DNA of 64,000 nt from Candidatus Saccharimonadota bacterium (GTDB lineage: Bacteria; Patescibacteriota; Saccharimonadia; Saccharimonadales; VXPC01). The stretch is from NCBI GenBank assembly GCA_026707815.1, contig JAPOWB010000003.1, forward strand, positions 67,380-131,379. Reading direction: 5' to 3'. Position numbers and translations under genes: made by a program. Under the pieces are notes generated by a model. It was not told the DNA's origin, ran no database searches, and worked only from the letters and a program-made list of their open reading frames with translations. Shown here piece after piece: positions 47,817-58,287 of this stretch. Each line of letters begins with the position of its first letter. Within the stretch, counting starts at the first letter, position 1.

Positions 47817-48810
47817 AAATTTCTTCCTTATAATTTTTAACATATAGCTGATCAATGACTGCTTGCCCTATCTCTTTAAACATTGGAATATAAATAGAAT
47901 TACCAATTTGGAGATATTGCTGAGTTTGACTCTTGCTCAGTTTGAAGCTGTCGGGGAAACCTTGCAGGCGATAGCATTCTCTAATGGTTAATTTGCGAAC
48001 TTTATTGTTATGCAAAATCCAAAATCTGCCTGAGCTTTCTTGAGAAGGAAGAGTTGGATGCGTACCCTGGGCTGCATAAATACGATTTGGCTGTTTGTGT
48101 ACTCTAGATAGATGTAAAGTATCAGGTCTAATGCCATTTTGACGGATTTTTTTATTTCTGTAGCCGGCAAAGATTAGACCTGAAGCTTGTCTTTTAGGAT
48201 ATTGTATCAAAGTATATTCTTCGGACTTTAAATATTCGAAGTCACTGGTGTTTTCTAGAATATCTTCTATGATGCGATTAGGTATTCTTCGAAGTACATG
48301 AAAGTTAAATCTTCTATCCTTATGCCCGACAATAATCAGTCTTTCTCTATTTTGAGCTGATCCAAAATTTTTGGCATTTAAAATCTTATAAGAAATTTTA
48401 TAACCTAAATCCTTTAAAGATTGCATGATTATTCTCAAAGTTTCGCCTCGGTTGTGATGAATCAAGTGTTTGACATTTTCCAACAAAACTGTTGTCGGTT
48501 TTTTAACTTCTAGAATTCTTAAAATTTCAAAAAATAGAGTTCCTCTTGCATCTTCGAAACCTTTTTTATGCCCAGATATACTAAAGGGCTGACAGGGGAA
48601 ACCGGCACACAAAACATCAAAATCAGGGATGTTTTGAGGATTAATATCTTTAATATCCCCAAACGGTCGTTCACCAAAATTCGCTACATATACATCTTGG
48701 CAATCTTTATTTATATCACTGCTAAAAACACATTTCATACCAGCCTGCTCTAGAGCAATTCTCATGCCCCCGATGCCTGCAAATAAATCTATGAATTTTA
48801 ACTTTCTCAT
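47764..48810 (-). CDS. DNA (cytosine-5)-methyltransferase
   Basis: Motif I DLFAGIGG, motif IV GFPCQPFS, motif VI ENV, motif VIII QNRERL, motif IX TIRECYRLQGFPDSF, and motif X GNSIYIPM. Confidence 0.95.
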   Translation of the reverse strand: MRKLKFIDLFAGIGGMRIALEQAGMKCVFSSDINKDCQDVYVANFGERPFGDIKDINPQNIPDFDVLCAGFPCQPFSISGHKKGFEDARGTLFFEILRILEVKKPTTVLLENVKHLIHHNRGETLRIIMQSLKDLGYKISYKILNAKNFGSAQNRERLIIVGHKDRRFNFHVLRRIPNRIIEDILENTSDFEYLKSEEYTLIQYPKRQASGLIFAGYRNKKIRQNGIRPDTLHLSRVHKQPNRIYAAQGTHPTLPSQESSGRFWILHNNKVRKLTIRECYRLQGFPDSFKLSKSQTQQYLQIGNSIYIPMFKEIGQAVIDQLYVKNYKEEIYEQSYTNLRFPLQLSPK

Positions 48811-48959
48811 CTTAAGTTTAATCTTAACACCTTTGAAAGGCTTTTGCTATAATCATAAGTTAATGTTAGGCAGCAATAAAAAGAATAGAGAAACTTTAAA
48901 ACCTGAAGTTATTAAAAGGATTTTGGCAGAGTGTTTTTTACCTTTATAGATTACTTAAG

Positions 48960-49024
48960 AACTTTGGTTGGTTACCGGATGCATTAGTTAATGAATTTTT
49001 AATTCGTGTGATTGGCGTTATATA
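48960..49024 (+). mobile_element. Solo right-end fragment of the same IS982-like element
   Basis: taattcgtgtgattggcgttatata (49000-49024) repeats the 46522-46544 end in the same orientation. The 30-40 bp before it also resemble the sequence before 46522. Confidence 0.55.
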
Positions 49025-49334
49025 GATGGCGAAAATTTCAGACATAGAATTATAGAGGCATTGAAAATCGAGAAAAAGATTAGTCACTCACAGGAATTTA
49101 GTGATTTGTTATTCAATTTCCGCCAGCTATTTGCCAATATCCTCGGGAAAGATTCAGAGAGTTTCATTATCCGCTACTACGGAACGAGAACTAAGTTAAT
49201 TAAGAATCAAGGTAGCTATCTTGCCGCAAGAACACAGCTAATCATCAATTCCAATAGAAAGTTGAAAAGATTGTTGCAACGACAAAATATTGAATTTGTC
49301 AAGTTAACATGCCTCTAAATGATGACTAGGAGAA

Positions 49335-49727
49335 TTAATCTATCTCTTCCAATGATTGAACTATCTTTAATTGCCTTTTCAAGTTTTGCAATATTTGACT
49401 GTATTCCTTTTTAATATGTTGCTTAGTGAGATTTGATCTTTGCCATATTGAATATAACAATACTTCATTTCTGTTCCCATCTTTAATGCAAAGTAATCTA
49501 TACCCTCCACTATCACCTTTTTTAGATGGATTATCTGGAATACTAATATTCCAAATCTCAAGATTCTGATATACGTCTACTCGTTTTGATCTGTGGATTC
49601 CAGTAACAAACTGAAATCTCAACATAATTTTATGAACAACCTCCCATAGTGTTTGTTTTTTCTTAGTCTGCTTTTTAAATGTATCACTATACAACAGTTC
49701 ATTATCGGTTTCATCATTCATAATCAA
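49335..49727 (-). CDS. RelE/HigB-like toxin candidate
   Basis: 130 aa. KKGDSGGYRLLCIKDGNRNEVLLYSIWQRS resembles the G-x-SGGYR-hIY...LLxIYxKS core of RelE/ParE-superfamily toxins. It directly abuts the upstream antitoxin-like gene. Confidence 0.6.
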   Translation of the reverse strand: MIMNDETDNELLYSDTFKKQTKKKQTLWEVVHKIMLRFQFVTGIHRSKRVDVYQNLEIWNISIPDNPSKKGDSGGYRLLCIKDGNRNEVLLYSIWQRSNLTKQHIKKEYSQILQNLKRQLKIVQSLEEID

Positions 49728-50228
49728 TTATGCAACCTTTGAAAGTGGAGGAATAATATCTATATCTTTAGATAATTCATAATCTACTATCTTGCCATCT
49801 TCTGAGTATACCCAAGGAGCTTCTAGATGCGTTTGATCCACAATCATAGAAGTATTCCATTCTTTAAATTGCTTACAAATTGCATCTAGTAATTTTTGCT
49901 CGTAATCTTCAAATATGTCTGAATATTCTTGATCTCCATAGTTCTTAATTACAAATTGCGTCTTGTGTCTACTTTCATATGGTTTATTTACAATTTTTAT
50001 ACAGCCTTCTGATTGCAGTCTATTTAATTGATTTTCTATATCCTTTGGTACAAGACCATATTGCTTATTTACATAGGATTCGCCAGTAACAGAATGACCT
50101 CTATCACGATAAGATATAAAATCCAAATAATACAACAACTTATTTAATTTAGTTGCCCCCAGAAAATCATTATTGCAATTCAGTATGAAGTACAAAATTG
50201 CAAATTTGTATTTATTACTATTGTCCAT
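49728..50228 (-). CDS. Panacea (DUF4065/SocA-like) domain antitoxin candidate
   Basis: LGATKLNKLLYYLDFISYRDRGHSVTGESYVNKQYGLVP matches the DUF4065 core (KLxKLLYY...G.P..G..Y....GPV). Confidence 0.7.
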   Translation of the reverse strand: MDNSNKYKFAILYFILNCNNDFLGATKLNKLLYYLDFISYRDRGHSVTGESYVNKQYGLVPKDIENQLNRLQSEGCIKIVNKPYESRHKTQFVIKNYGDQEYSDIFEDYEQKLLDAICKQFKEWNTSMIVDQTHLEAPWVYSEDGKIVDYELSKDIDIIPPLSKVA

Positions 50229-50403
50229 ATGTTGCGAATTATTATCTCAACATCATTATACAAGCTTAAGCAAAAAGTGACAATCAGTGTTAATAACTAA
50301 GATATTAGAGTTGGAGTAGATCTTATTCTTAAGTGCGAGAAAAACACGAAATCTTAAAGTTTGGTGAAACTTCTAAAGAATGCATTTGCTCATACACGAA
50401 AGA

Positions 50404-50429
50404 AAAGACTCTCAATTAAGAGAGTCTTT
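50404..50429 (-). terminator. Bidirectional hairpin terminator after surface-protein gene A
   Basis: aaagactctc / gagagtcttt stem with T-rich flanks on both strands. Confidence 0.55.
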
Positions 50430-50453
50430 CTTTTCAAAAGAAGAGTCTAATCT

Positions 50454-52877
50454 TTATATCTGATCGTTCTTCTTATTAGAAGCAGCTACGACTACGATGA
50501 TTAGTAGAACTACGACTACGACTCCAAGAGCAATCCAAACAACTGCACTACCCTCTTCTTCATCTTCTTCAGTAGTTTCTTCAACAGGAGTAGTTGGTGT
50601 TTCCTCGGTAGTTACACCGACTTGTCGAGAATTGTAAACATACTCATTGTTGGAAGTATCCATAGCTCTGACACAGACATATGAATCAGAATCTAGATCA
50701 GTCAGAGAGATTGAGCCAGATGAAACTGTTGCATAACCAGTAGCTGATTGACAATTGTTATCAGTGCTAACTGCATAGCTGAAGTCAGTCAAATCACTGC
50801 CATCAGCTTGGTTACCACTTACTTCAAAGCTATTAGCGGTTTGATTGTAGCGGATACCAACTTGCGCTGATCCAGTAGTTGGAGCAGGTTCTTCAGTTGG
50901 AGTTTCTGTTTCAGAAGCAGTTGTGTCTTCTGCTTCAGAACCATCAACTACAGTTACATCATCGCCTAGAGCAGATGGACTGCCTGGTAGACAAGTAGCG
51001 TCTGTACCTGAGAAGAGAATGACTCCCGCATCATTAGGCTGACACTGATAAGGATTGAGGCTTAGTTGTTCAGCCAATTCCAATTCAGACCAGTTATCAG
51101 GAACGACTACTTCAGTAACTTCAGTTGTGTCTTCTTCAGTCTCTGAATCAATGTCTTCTGGTTGAGCGACATCTTTGTCATCATCAGTAGGAGTGGTTGG
51201 AGGAGTGGTTGGGGTAGTCACTGGTGGAGTAGTTGGGGTTACATAGTTTAATTGAGCAATCTGAGATCTTTCATTGCCTCTATTGTCAGTGGCTTTGATG
51301 CAAATCCATCGACCATGTTCGGCTGATGTAGCAGTAATACTCACTTCAGCATCATTGTTTTTGTTATTGTAATTCTCTTTAAGAGAACACTGATCATTTT
51401 GACTTGAAGCAAACTTCCAATCAACTGATTTAACTCCAGCAGTATCTTCAGCAGTAATCATTAGAGTACTGCCTGAAACTTTCAAAGTCATAGTTGGACC
51501 GGCATTATCTTCTACATATTTAATCCAAGCAGATGAGATATAGTAATGGGTATCTTCATCTACGTTAGCCTTGCTATCTGAATCATGCCAAGCTCGACCA
51601 TGTAACTGACCATAGACACAGTACCAATTACCAACTTCCAAATCATCTATTCTGCTATCACTTCCCAAGCTAGAAACATCGCCATCACCTTCAGCTTCGT
51701 AACAAGTGTCACTGCCAGGATTCTCATCGAGCATAACATACTTTACTCCAGTAACTGTAGGATCATCTAGAGCTGTTGTACCGAAAGTAGCGTACATGTC
51801 GGGAGTAATCTTGACTTCTAAAGTATCGGCATCAACAAAGCTAAGCATTACTTTCGGTCTATTATCAATAGTGACATCAAAATTCTCTATGTTAGCACCA
51901 GGAAAGTCATAATTATCACTTAAATCTGCATCCCAAGAATTGCCACTCTTATCCTTAACAACATATTGACGGTTTCCCCCAGCGGCAACCCACCTCACGA
52001 TGAAACCATGAGTAGATCTAACTGTTTCATCAAATTCGACATAACCTTGTCTATACTCTACTTCCTCCTCAAAAGTAAAGACCTTACTACTTATGGCAAC
52101 ATCACCATCCTTAGTAACTTCCTTAGCATCTTTAAGGTTGAAGAATAAGTACTCATCGGCGGTCCCTACACCGGCTCCACCACTACCATCTCCTTCAACG
52201 TCAATTTGTAGTTGAGGCAATGCATCGGGGTCAATTGTAATTTGACCTTGAACAGATTTATCTTTATCTCCACTATTATTAATAAACTCTACTTCTTCAC
52301 TGAACTCAAGCATTACTTGTAGAGTATCACCAGTAGTGTAAGTACCTGACTTAACGTTAACACTTTCAAGCGTGGGGTTTTCCAAATCAATCTTACTAGT
52401 AACCAAATAAACCTCATCGTGTACATTGGCAGTATCACCACTTCCAGATTGGTAAGTAACTTCTAAGCAAGCATAGTTATCATCAGCATCAAGGTCATCA
52501 GCATTTGTACCATCTGTAACATCAGCGTCTAAAGTAACTTCGTGTGTACGCTTTGTAGCAACGCCATCAAGTTTGTTATCCCCACCAAAATCAGTATCAG
52601 TAGCATTACATTCAGACATCTTGTCTATACCAGCCACTCGAACTTCTTTCACTCTATGATTGGCGGGAGCGGTAATCTTTGCTTTTAAGGCATCACCATC
52701 CCTCTTAGGAGTACTAACAACCCCCACAGCATGACTATCATCAGTATCATGTCCACTAGCTATGCCAGTGACAAAAAACACCACTACTAAACTAATTAAT
52801 CCTACTAATATGTAAGAAACAAGTTTAGATATGGTATATCTATTATTGTTTGAATATACATTATTATTTGCACTCAT
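50454..52877 (-). CDS. Large cell-surface protein, paralogue A (Cys-pair Ig-like repeats, Thr/Pro linker, C-terminal TM anchor)
   Basis: 807 aa with an N-terminal signal anchor. It has five Cys pairs, including GNWYCVYG, GRWICIKATDNRGN and DSYVCVRAMDTSNN, a TPTTPPVTTPTTPPTTP linker, and the C-terminus ...EEGSAVVWIALGVVVVVLLIIVVVAASNKKNDQI. Confidence 0.8.
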   Translation of the reverse strand: MSANNNVYSNNNRYTISKLVSYILVGLISLVVVFFVTGIASGHDTDDSHAVGVVSTPKRDGDALKAKITAPANHRVKEVRVAGIDKMSECNATDTDFGGDNKLDGVATKRTHEVTLDADVTDGTNADDLDADDNYACLEVTYQSGSGDTANVHDEVYLVTSKIDLENPTLESVNVKSGTYTTGDTLQVMLEFSEEVEFINNSGDKDKSVQGQITIDPDALPQLQIDVEGDGSGGAGVGTADEYLFFNLKDAKEVTKDGDVAISSKVFTFEEEVEYRQGYVEFDETVRSTHGFIVRWVAAGGNRQYVVKDKSGNSWDADLSDNYDFPGANIENFDVTIDNRPKVMLSFVDADTLEVKITPDMYATFGTTALDDPTVTGVKYVMLDENPGSDTCYEAEGDGDVSSLGSDSRIDDLEVGNWYCVYGQLHGRAWHDSDSKANVDEDTHYYISSAWIKYVEDNAGPTMTLKVSGSTLMITAEDTAGVKSVDWKFASSQNDQCSLKENYNNKNNDAEVSITATSAEHGRWICIKATDNRGNERSQIAQLNYVTPTTPPVTTPTTPPTTPTDDDKDVAQPEDIDSETEEDTTEVTEVVVPDNWSELELAEQLSLNPYQCQPNDAGVILFSGTDATCLPGSPSALGDDVTVVDGSEAEDTTASETETPTEEPAPTTGSAQVGIRYNQTANSFEVSGNQADGSDLTDFSYAVSTDNNCQSATGYATVSSGSISLTDLDSDSYVCVRAMDTSNNEYVYNSRQVGVTTEETPTTPVEETTEEDEEEGSAVVWIALGVVVVVLLIIVVVAASNKKNDQI

Positions 52878-53100
52878 ATCAGAAATAATAGCAATTACTC
52901 TTATATTGTCAACTGTGAAAGCTACTAACCAGCTTATGTTTATCTGTAGATATTAATTGGGTTGATTTTGAATGTTAAGCCTAGCAAAGTATTTAACTCG
53001 ATTTTAAAAGCTTCAAAGCCATAGCTCCATGTAAGAAATTAATTTATTAATGTATAAGATGAGAATTGTGAATACGCCCTTTAATCTTAATGAAATGACT

Positions 53101-55221
53101 TTAGCCTGAAACTGAATTCAGTTGTATCTGAATATCCCGTTGATTGATACTTGCTAAATCAATGACCCTTTTCAAAAGCTCTATTTTTTCTTCATCAGTT
53201 GATGCTGTATTGACTAACCAATCACTATTACCAATGCTGACGCTGCCAGCGAAATCTTGACTATACTGACTGATTTCCTGATTAACATTTAAATCAGCCC
53301 TAAGGTGAGAAATAAATTGAGAATCATGCTCATAAAGTTGAGACATCACAACTTCCAAGACATCAGTCCAGTTATTGACACTAAAATCCTGTTGCTTGAA
53401 AATAACAATTTGAGGCTGACTATTGACTAAATCATCAATCTGAATACTGCTTAGAGTCTTATCGTAAGTTGAATCAATTGATGGAGGGGTATAATCTGAC
53501 TGAGGATATGGCCACATCCATTCAATAGTCTTCAACCACCAATTCATTCTATTTTTTAAGGCTTTCTCATCAAAGGTCTTATAAATAGCTACCGAATCCC
53601 TATTAATTGCTAAGCTACTTTGAGCAAAACCATTAGGAGCATTAAGTTTCTCACTAAAACTTTTATTTGAATATTCTGAATTATAGCCAGTCAAAGTTAA
53701 GTTAGCTATATTATGCCTATACATATGATGAATTTCAGACCAATTTTCTCCTAATTCGCTCTTCCAAGTTGGGGTAAGTGTTTGGGGCATAATATGCTCA
53801 ATTGTAATGGCCGAGTCTTTATGACTGAGTTGGCTAAGCAAACTGGATTCTTTGGGCAATTTTTTATCATCATAAGAGCTGAGAATACAATTTTGTAAAG
53901 ATGCACGCAGACGATAGAATTCGATTTCTCCCAATCTTGACTTCAATGTTTCAGGCTTAGGACACTCGTAAACACTGTTGATGATCGTATAGCTATATAT
54001 ATCTTCATAGCTTGACTGACTTTTAGATAATCTATCCCAAATAGTTTTATCTAAATTGGCATAAAAATAACTTAAGCCCCCAGAATAATATTTTAGGAGA
54101 CCTCGTCGAATAGAATATGTCTCTGTCATTCCCAAAATAGTTATAACCTGATCATCTGTTAATTGAGTTTCATGCCATCTCTTTAAAACTTTTATTAAAA
54201 AGGGTAGCCAAACCCCCATATCAAGAAAAGATAGTCGGGCTACTGGCTTTGAAAAAATCGTTAACTTCTCATCCTTAATAGAACAATATTTTAAAAAGCA
54301 ATATCTATTTAAATTTTCCAATATGAGTCGCCAAAACTGATGGACTTGTGATTGATCTCTGGGATTCGGAATATGTAGCTTGAAAAACTTCTTAAATTCA
54401 GAATAAACATCACTGATTTTAATATGTTTTTGATATTCACTAATCAGCATTCTTAAAAAGAAATCAGCAATATCATTGCGTCCAGTAGCATTATCTGTTA
54501 AGTATTGTTCAATATTAACCCAGTATTGATGAAAAACTTGATTCCTCAAATCGCTATCATCCATCATTAAGGCAAAATTTCGAATCTTATCACCATTATC
54601 TAGCTCTTTACCGGTGGCATTAATGCTCTCAAAGATTTTCTGGGGTTGATCATCTCTAGGATCCAAGACTACTTTGACAATCTTAAAATCTTTTAGAGCT
54701 TTGATATAGCGATCTAGATTGGTTTTATCCTTAAAGTAATCTATGAAAAAACGATATACTTTGTATATTTCCGACTGCTTGCCGTCATCATCGACATTTT
54801 TGTCGTAAATTTGCTGAAAAATTCTCGCATCGTTGACTATCCCCCTAAGTTTAACTCTGCTTTTATTATCTCCAGTATGCCGATCATTCCAAAGAAATCT
54901 TTCTCTAATTTCATCAGCAGATAAATCCGGCGATGTTAAAGATGAATCTTCTTCCAGAAGATGATAAATAGCCATAATCATCAAAGAAATTGTTGTAATT
55001 CGTTGTTGACCATCGATAATAATACTTTCATCACCCTGAGTTTCATAAACCACACTGCCAAAGAAATGGGTCTTCTTAGATGTGAGAACAGTTTCTAAGT
55101 CTTCGAGGAAAATTTTGGAGTTTTCTCGATGCCAGCTGTAAGGTCGTTGAAAATCTGGAATCTTAAACCACTTGCCCGGGGTATAAATAAAATCGTAAAT
55201 ATCTCCATCAGTTGCTCGCAT
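53101..55221 (-). CDS. GmrSD-like type IV (modification-dependent) restriction enzyme (DUF262 + DUF1524)
   Basis: N-terminal FKIPDFQRPYSW and IIIDGQQRITT (DUF262). C-terminal TIEHIMPQT and HNIANLTLTGYNSEYSNKSF (DUF1524, HNH-like). Confidence 0.85.
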   Translation of the reverse strand: MRATDGDIYDFIYTPGKWFKIPDFQRPYSWHRENSKIFLEDLETVLTSKKTHFFGSVVYETQGDESIIIDGQQRITTISLMIMAIYHLLEEDSSLTSPDLSADEIRERFLWNDRHTGDNKSRVKLRGIVNDARIFQQIYDKNVDDDGKQSEIYKVYRFFIDYFKDKTNLDRYIKALKDFKIVKVVLDPRDDQPQKIFESINATGKELDNGDKIRNFALMMDDSDLRNQVFHQYWVNIEQYLTDNATGRNDIADFFLRMLISEYQKHIKISDVYSEFKKFFKLHIPNPRDQSQVHQFWRLILENLNRYCFLKYCSIKDEKLTIFSKPVARLSFLDMGVWLPFLIKVLKRWHETQLTDDQVITILGMTETYSIRRGLLKYYSGGLSYFYANLDKTIWDRLSKSQSSYEDIYSYTIINSVYECPKPETLKSRLGEIEFYRLRASLQNCILSSYDDKKLPKESSLLSQLSHKDSAITIEHIMPQTLTPTWKSELGENWSEIHHMYRHNIANLTLTGYNSEYSNKSFSEKLNAPNGFAQSSLAINRDSVAIYKTFDEKALKNRMNWWLKTIEWMWPYPQSDYTPPSIDSTYDKTLSSIQIDDLVNSQPQIVIFKQQDFSVNNWTDVLEVVMSQLYEHDSQFISHLRADLNVNQEISQYSQDFAGSVSIGNSDWLVNTASTDEEKIELLKRVIDLASINQRDIQIQLNSVSG

Positions 55222-55469
55222 AACAAATCACATTATACCCCCTACGCCGAATTCCAGCCAATATTAGATGAATTCTTACTCCAATATCTAATAATGTAGT
55301 AGAAGCTATTAAATATGTCCAAGTAACGAAACTCCTTTGTTTGGAAGATTCTAAAGATAGGTTTGGCTTTTGCTAAACTTATGCTTATGAATAAAACAAA
55401 AATAAGTTCAGACAAAAATAATGCCAAACCTAATCTGAAGTTTAACATAATTAAGAAGCGTGTTAAAAG

Positions 55470-56256
55470 ACTTATTGGGAGATAGTTGGTTGGGTTGGTC
55501 AGGCTCCGACTGGTCGCCCTAAAATAGCTCTGGGGATGAAGTTATTTTAGCTCTCTTAATTTACGGAGGTCTAAGAGGCATTAATGACAACATTAAATCT
55601 ATTTGGCGATTAGGAACACAAGAGTTAAATCTTAAGTTGCCAGTTTATCAGAACTTTAATCGGCAAGCTCAAAGGTTGCTCCCTTTAGTTGAGCAATATT
55701 TAGCTGATCTTTGTTTGAGATCATCCTCTAAGATTGTCATTGCTGATTCAACCCCTTTGCCAGTTTGTAAATATTGGCGGGCTTACAGAGGTATAAGGCG
55801 GCAAGCAGTGATGTCAGCTTTGGTTATGGTACGACTTTAGGTAAATACTTAGGATTTAAAATGCATTTAGCCGTCAAGCAAGAGACAAGAGATTGTTAAC
55901 TTTGAACTAACCAAAGCCAATGTCTATGATGGCTTAGTCGCCAGTGAACTCATTACACCTTATATACTAAGACTCTAATTGGTGACAATCACTATGGTTT
56001 AAGTCAGCTTAAGGCGACAACTAAAGTCTAGCGGTTGCCTAGTAGTCGCCCCCAAAAGAAAGAATCAGCAAAATCTTTCAGCCAACCAGTCAACTTTAAA
56101 GGAATATATAAGCTGAGGAGCTTGGTGGAGACTGTGTTTTCAGTCCTCAAAGAAAGCTTTAACTTGTTAACTTTCAGAGCTCGATCTTTAAAAGGTTATT
56201 TACTGCACTATACCTTAGCTCTACTGAGCTATCAGTACAAGAAAATCTATGATTAA
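55470..56256 (+). pseudogene. IS982-family transposase pseudogene
   Basis: Pieces across frames with in-frame stops: TGRPKIALG / EVILALLIYGG, IADSTPLPVCKYWRAYRG, GFKMHLAV, LIGDNHYG and RSLVETVFSVLKESFNL. Confidence 0.65.
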
Positions 56257-56551
56257 CTGCTAAATAGTCAGATTTCCAAAGCCTCTCTCCAAACAGAGGT
56301 TTTAAATATTTCACAAAACTCTGTGCCTGTCTAATCCCAGTAGTCAATTTTCATCTTTGAGCCGAAAAGCCATACAAACTACCCACAATAATCTTAAGAA
56401 TCAGGCTTTTATTAGTCTTGGCTGGTTTTATGAGGCGAGTTGTGGGACTAAACTTTAAGCAGAGTTTCGTTACTTGGGTATTAAATATCATTTGCCTTAT
56501 CTATATTTAAATAATAAATTTGTAATATATCAGAATATATGGGGTACATTC

Positions 56552-57645
56552 TAGTCCGAAGTGCAACATAAACGGTATTACTAAAATACATAACAAAGCA
56601 TCTCTGCTTTTGCCCTAAAATAAAGTTGTTAAAAATTAACTAATTTAAAAAGGAGGCAGAGATGTATCAACATCTTACCAAAGAACAGAGAATAATTTTA
56701 GCTACTTTAAGACGAGAGGGTTACAGCTAAATCAAATAGCTTTAAAGCTTAAAGTTCATCGCAGTAGCTTAAGTCGAGAGTTAGGGCGTAACTTAAACTT
56801 GCAAGGGAAATATCATGTTAGTAAAGCCGACAGACTAGCTAGAAAAAGGCGAGTCCAAGGCTCGCCAGCTTAGGCTAAAAATTACTAAAGGTAGTATCTT
56901 AGAAGAGCTTTTAATATCTAAAATCAGAAAAGATAAATGGTCGCCTGAGCAAATAGCTGGCTGGTTGAAAAAACATCATGCAGACACAGTTTCCACTCAA
57001 ACCATTTATGATTGGATCTACAAAACAAAGACCGCAATTAAGAGACGAACTCCACTGTCGTAAAGGGCATTATAGGAGAACAAGAGCTAATAAGTATCGA
57101 GTCGAAGTCAGAAAAGCAATGGCTTTAAAAAGACACATTAGTAACCGCTCTCGAGCAGGAGATTTACGTCTCATTTATGGACATTGGGAAGGAGATACGG
57201 TAGTTGGTAAAGCTCTGAAGTGGTTACATAGCCACTTTTGTTGAACGTAAAAGTGGCTATTTGATTGCTAAAATTATTAATAGAAAAGACTTTGGTGCTC
57301 AAGGTTTTGCTAATGTCACATTTGATGCCTTTAAGGGATGCAAAAAGAAGCATCTCCGCTCTCTTGTTTTAGACAATAGTCCTGAGATGAAATTATCTGA
57401 AGTTATTGAGGACTCTTTAAAATGGAAGGTTTATCATAGTACCCCCTATCATTCATGGCAAAGAGGCTGTAATGAAAATGCTAATGGACTCTTAAGATAC
57501 TTCTTCCCTAAAAGGATGTATTTCAATAATTTAACCCAAGCTGAGCTTGACAGAGCTGTAGATCTCATTAACAATAGACCACGTAAACGACTTAAATGGC
57601 GAACACCTAAAGAAATGCTAAAACCCTAATGTTGCACTCTGAACT
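56552..57645 (+). mobile_element. IS30-family element with frameshifted transposase
   Basis: Terminal inverted repeat core agtgcaacat (56560-56569) / atgttgcact (57629-57638). AGGAGG plus an ATG at 56662. The transposase is readable only across several frames (MYQHLTKEQRIILATLRREGYS-stop ... WSPEQIAGWLKK ... GHWEGDTVVGK ... LDNSPE ... WQRGCNENANGLLRYFFPK). Confidence 0.8.
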
Positions 57646-57819
57646 TGAATCCAAGAACTAGTTGCAATTAACTGGTTGAGGGGTTAATATACAGCAAACT
57701 ATTTACTTGACTACTCTTTTATAAGATGTGATCTTCTGATGTATGGCTTTAACCCTCTGTAAATTCGGGGGTCTTGTTGTTTAATTTAGATTATATTTAG
57801 TTGCTGAATAGTTTAAAAA

Positions 57820-58287
57820 CTAAAAGGTTTTATACATAAATATTCTAGCTTGACCATATGTTTTACCTTCAAGTACTTTGGGGGTATCATGCTCAATATC
57901 TTCTAATGCACCTAGCTTACTAGACCACTTGCCTGTCTTTAGCTGGATAGCTACATGAGTTGGCATATTATCTTCAGTACAGTATAAAACAATTTTAGTA
58001 ATCCCATCTTCAAGATGGCAGTTATTACATATTTTATAGCCCAGCTTTTCGAAAATTTTAATCAGATTTGACATAGAAGGTACTCGAGGTATATTCTCCA
58101 GCCAATAGCGTTTAGGACACCACCAATGATTCTTATCTCCTCCTCCCCAAGCAATACAATTGTATTTGTCATCTTGAGGCGAAGTTATTCTGCAATTACT
58201 ATGATTGATATAGGGAAAATTATCTTTATTATTTCCATTCAATTTTTCTATCAAACAGGAAAGGGATTTATCTTGCAATATATCCAT
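57820..58287 (-). CDS. Uncharacterised protein, possible Cys/His hydrolase fold (third gene of cassette)
   Basis: 155 aa. DDKYNCIAWGGGDKNHWWCP and MPTHVAIQLKTGKWSSKLG give a Cys...His arrangement reminiscent of papain/NlpC-like enzymes (inference). It overlaps the upstream gene by 20 nt. Confidence 0.55.
   Translation of the reverse strand: MDILQDKSLSCLIEKLNGNNKDNFPYINHSNCRITSPQDDKYNCIAWGGGDKNHWWCPKRYWLENIPRVPSMSNLIKIFEKLGYKICNNCHLEDGITKIVLYCTEDNMPTHVAIQLKTGKWSSKLGALEDIEHDTPKVLEGKTYGQARIFMYKTF

Noticed and set aside
49061-49318. 85-aa plus-strand ORF after the solo IS end
   Set aside because: It has a TTG start, no RBS and no recognisable motif, and it begins immediately after an IS fragment. 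It could be a remnant. I kept it out of the feature list for lack of support.
51130-51240. Thr/Pro-rich linker regions of the surface proteins as DNA tandem repeats (also 60780-60900)
   Set aside because: The repetition is at the amino-acid composition level. The nucleotide sequence shows only short imperfect repeats with no clear unit, so I did not call it a tandem-repeat locus.
55242-55448. 68-aa minus-strand ORF upstream of the GmrSD gene
   Set aside because: It has no RBS or motif and a hydrophobic AT-rich translation. It probably just covers the promoter region of the GmrSD gene.
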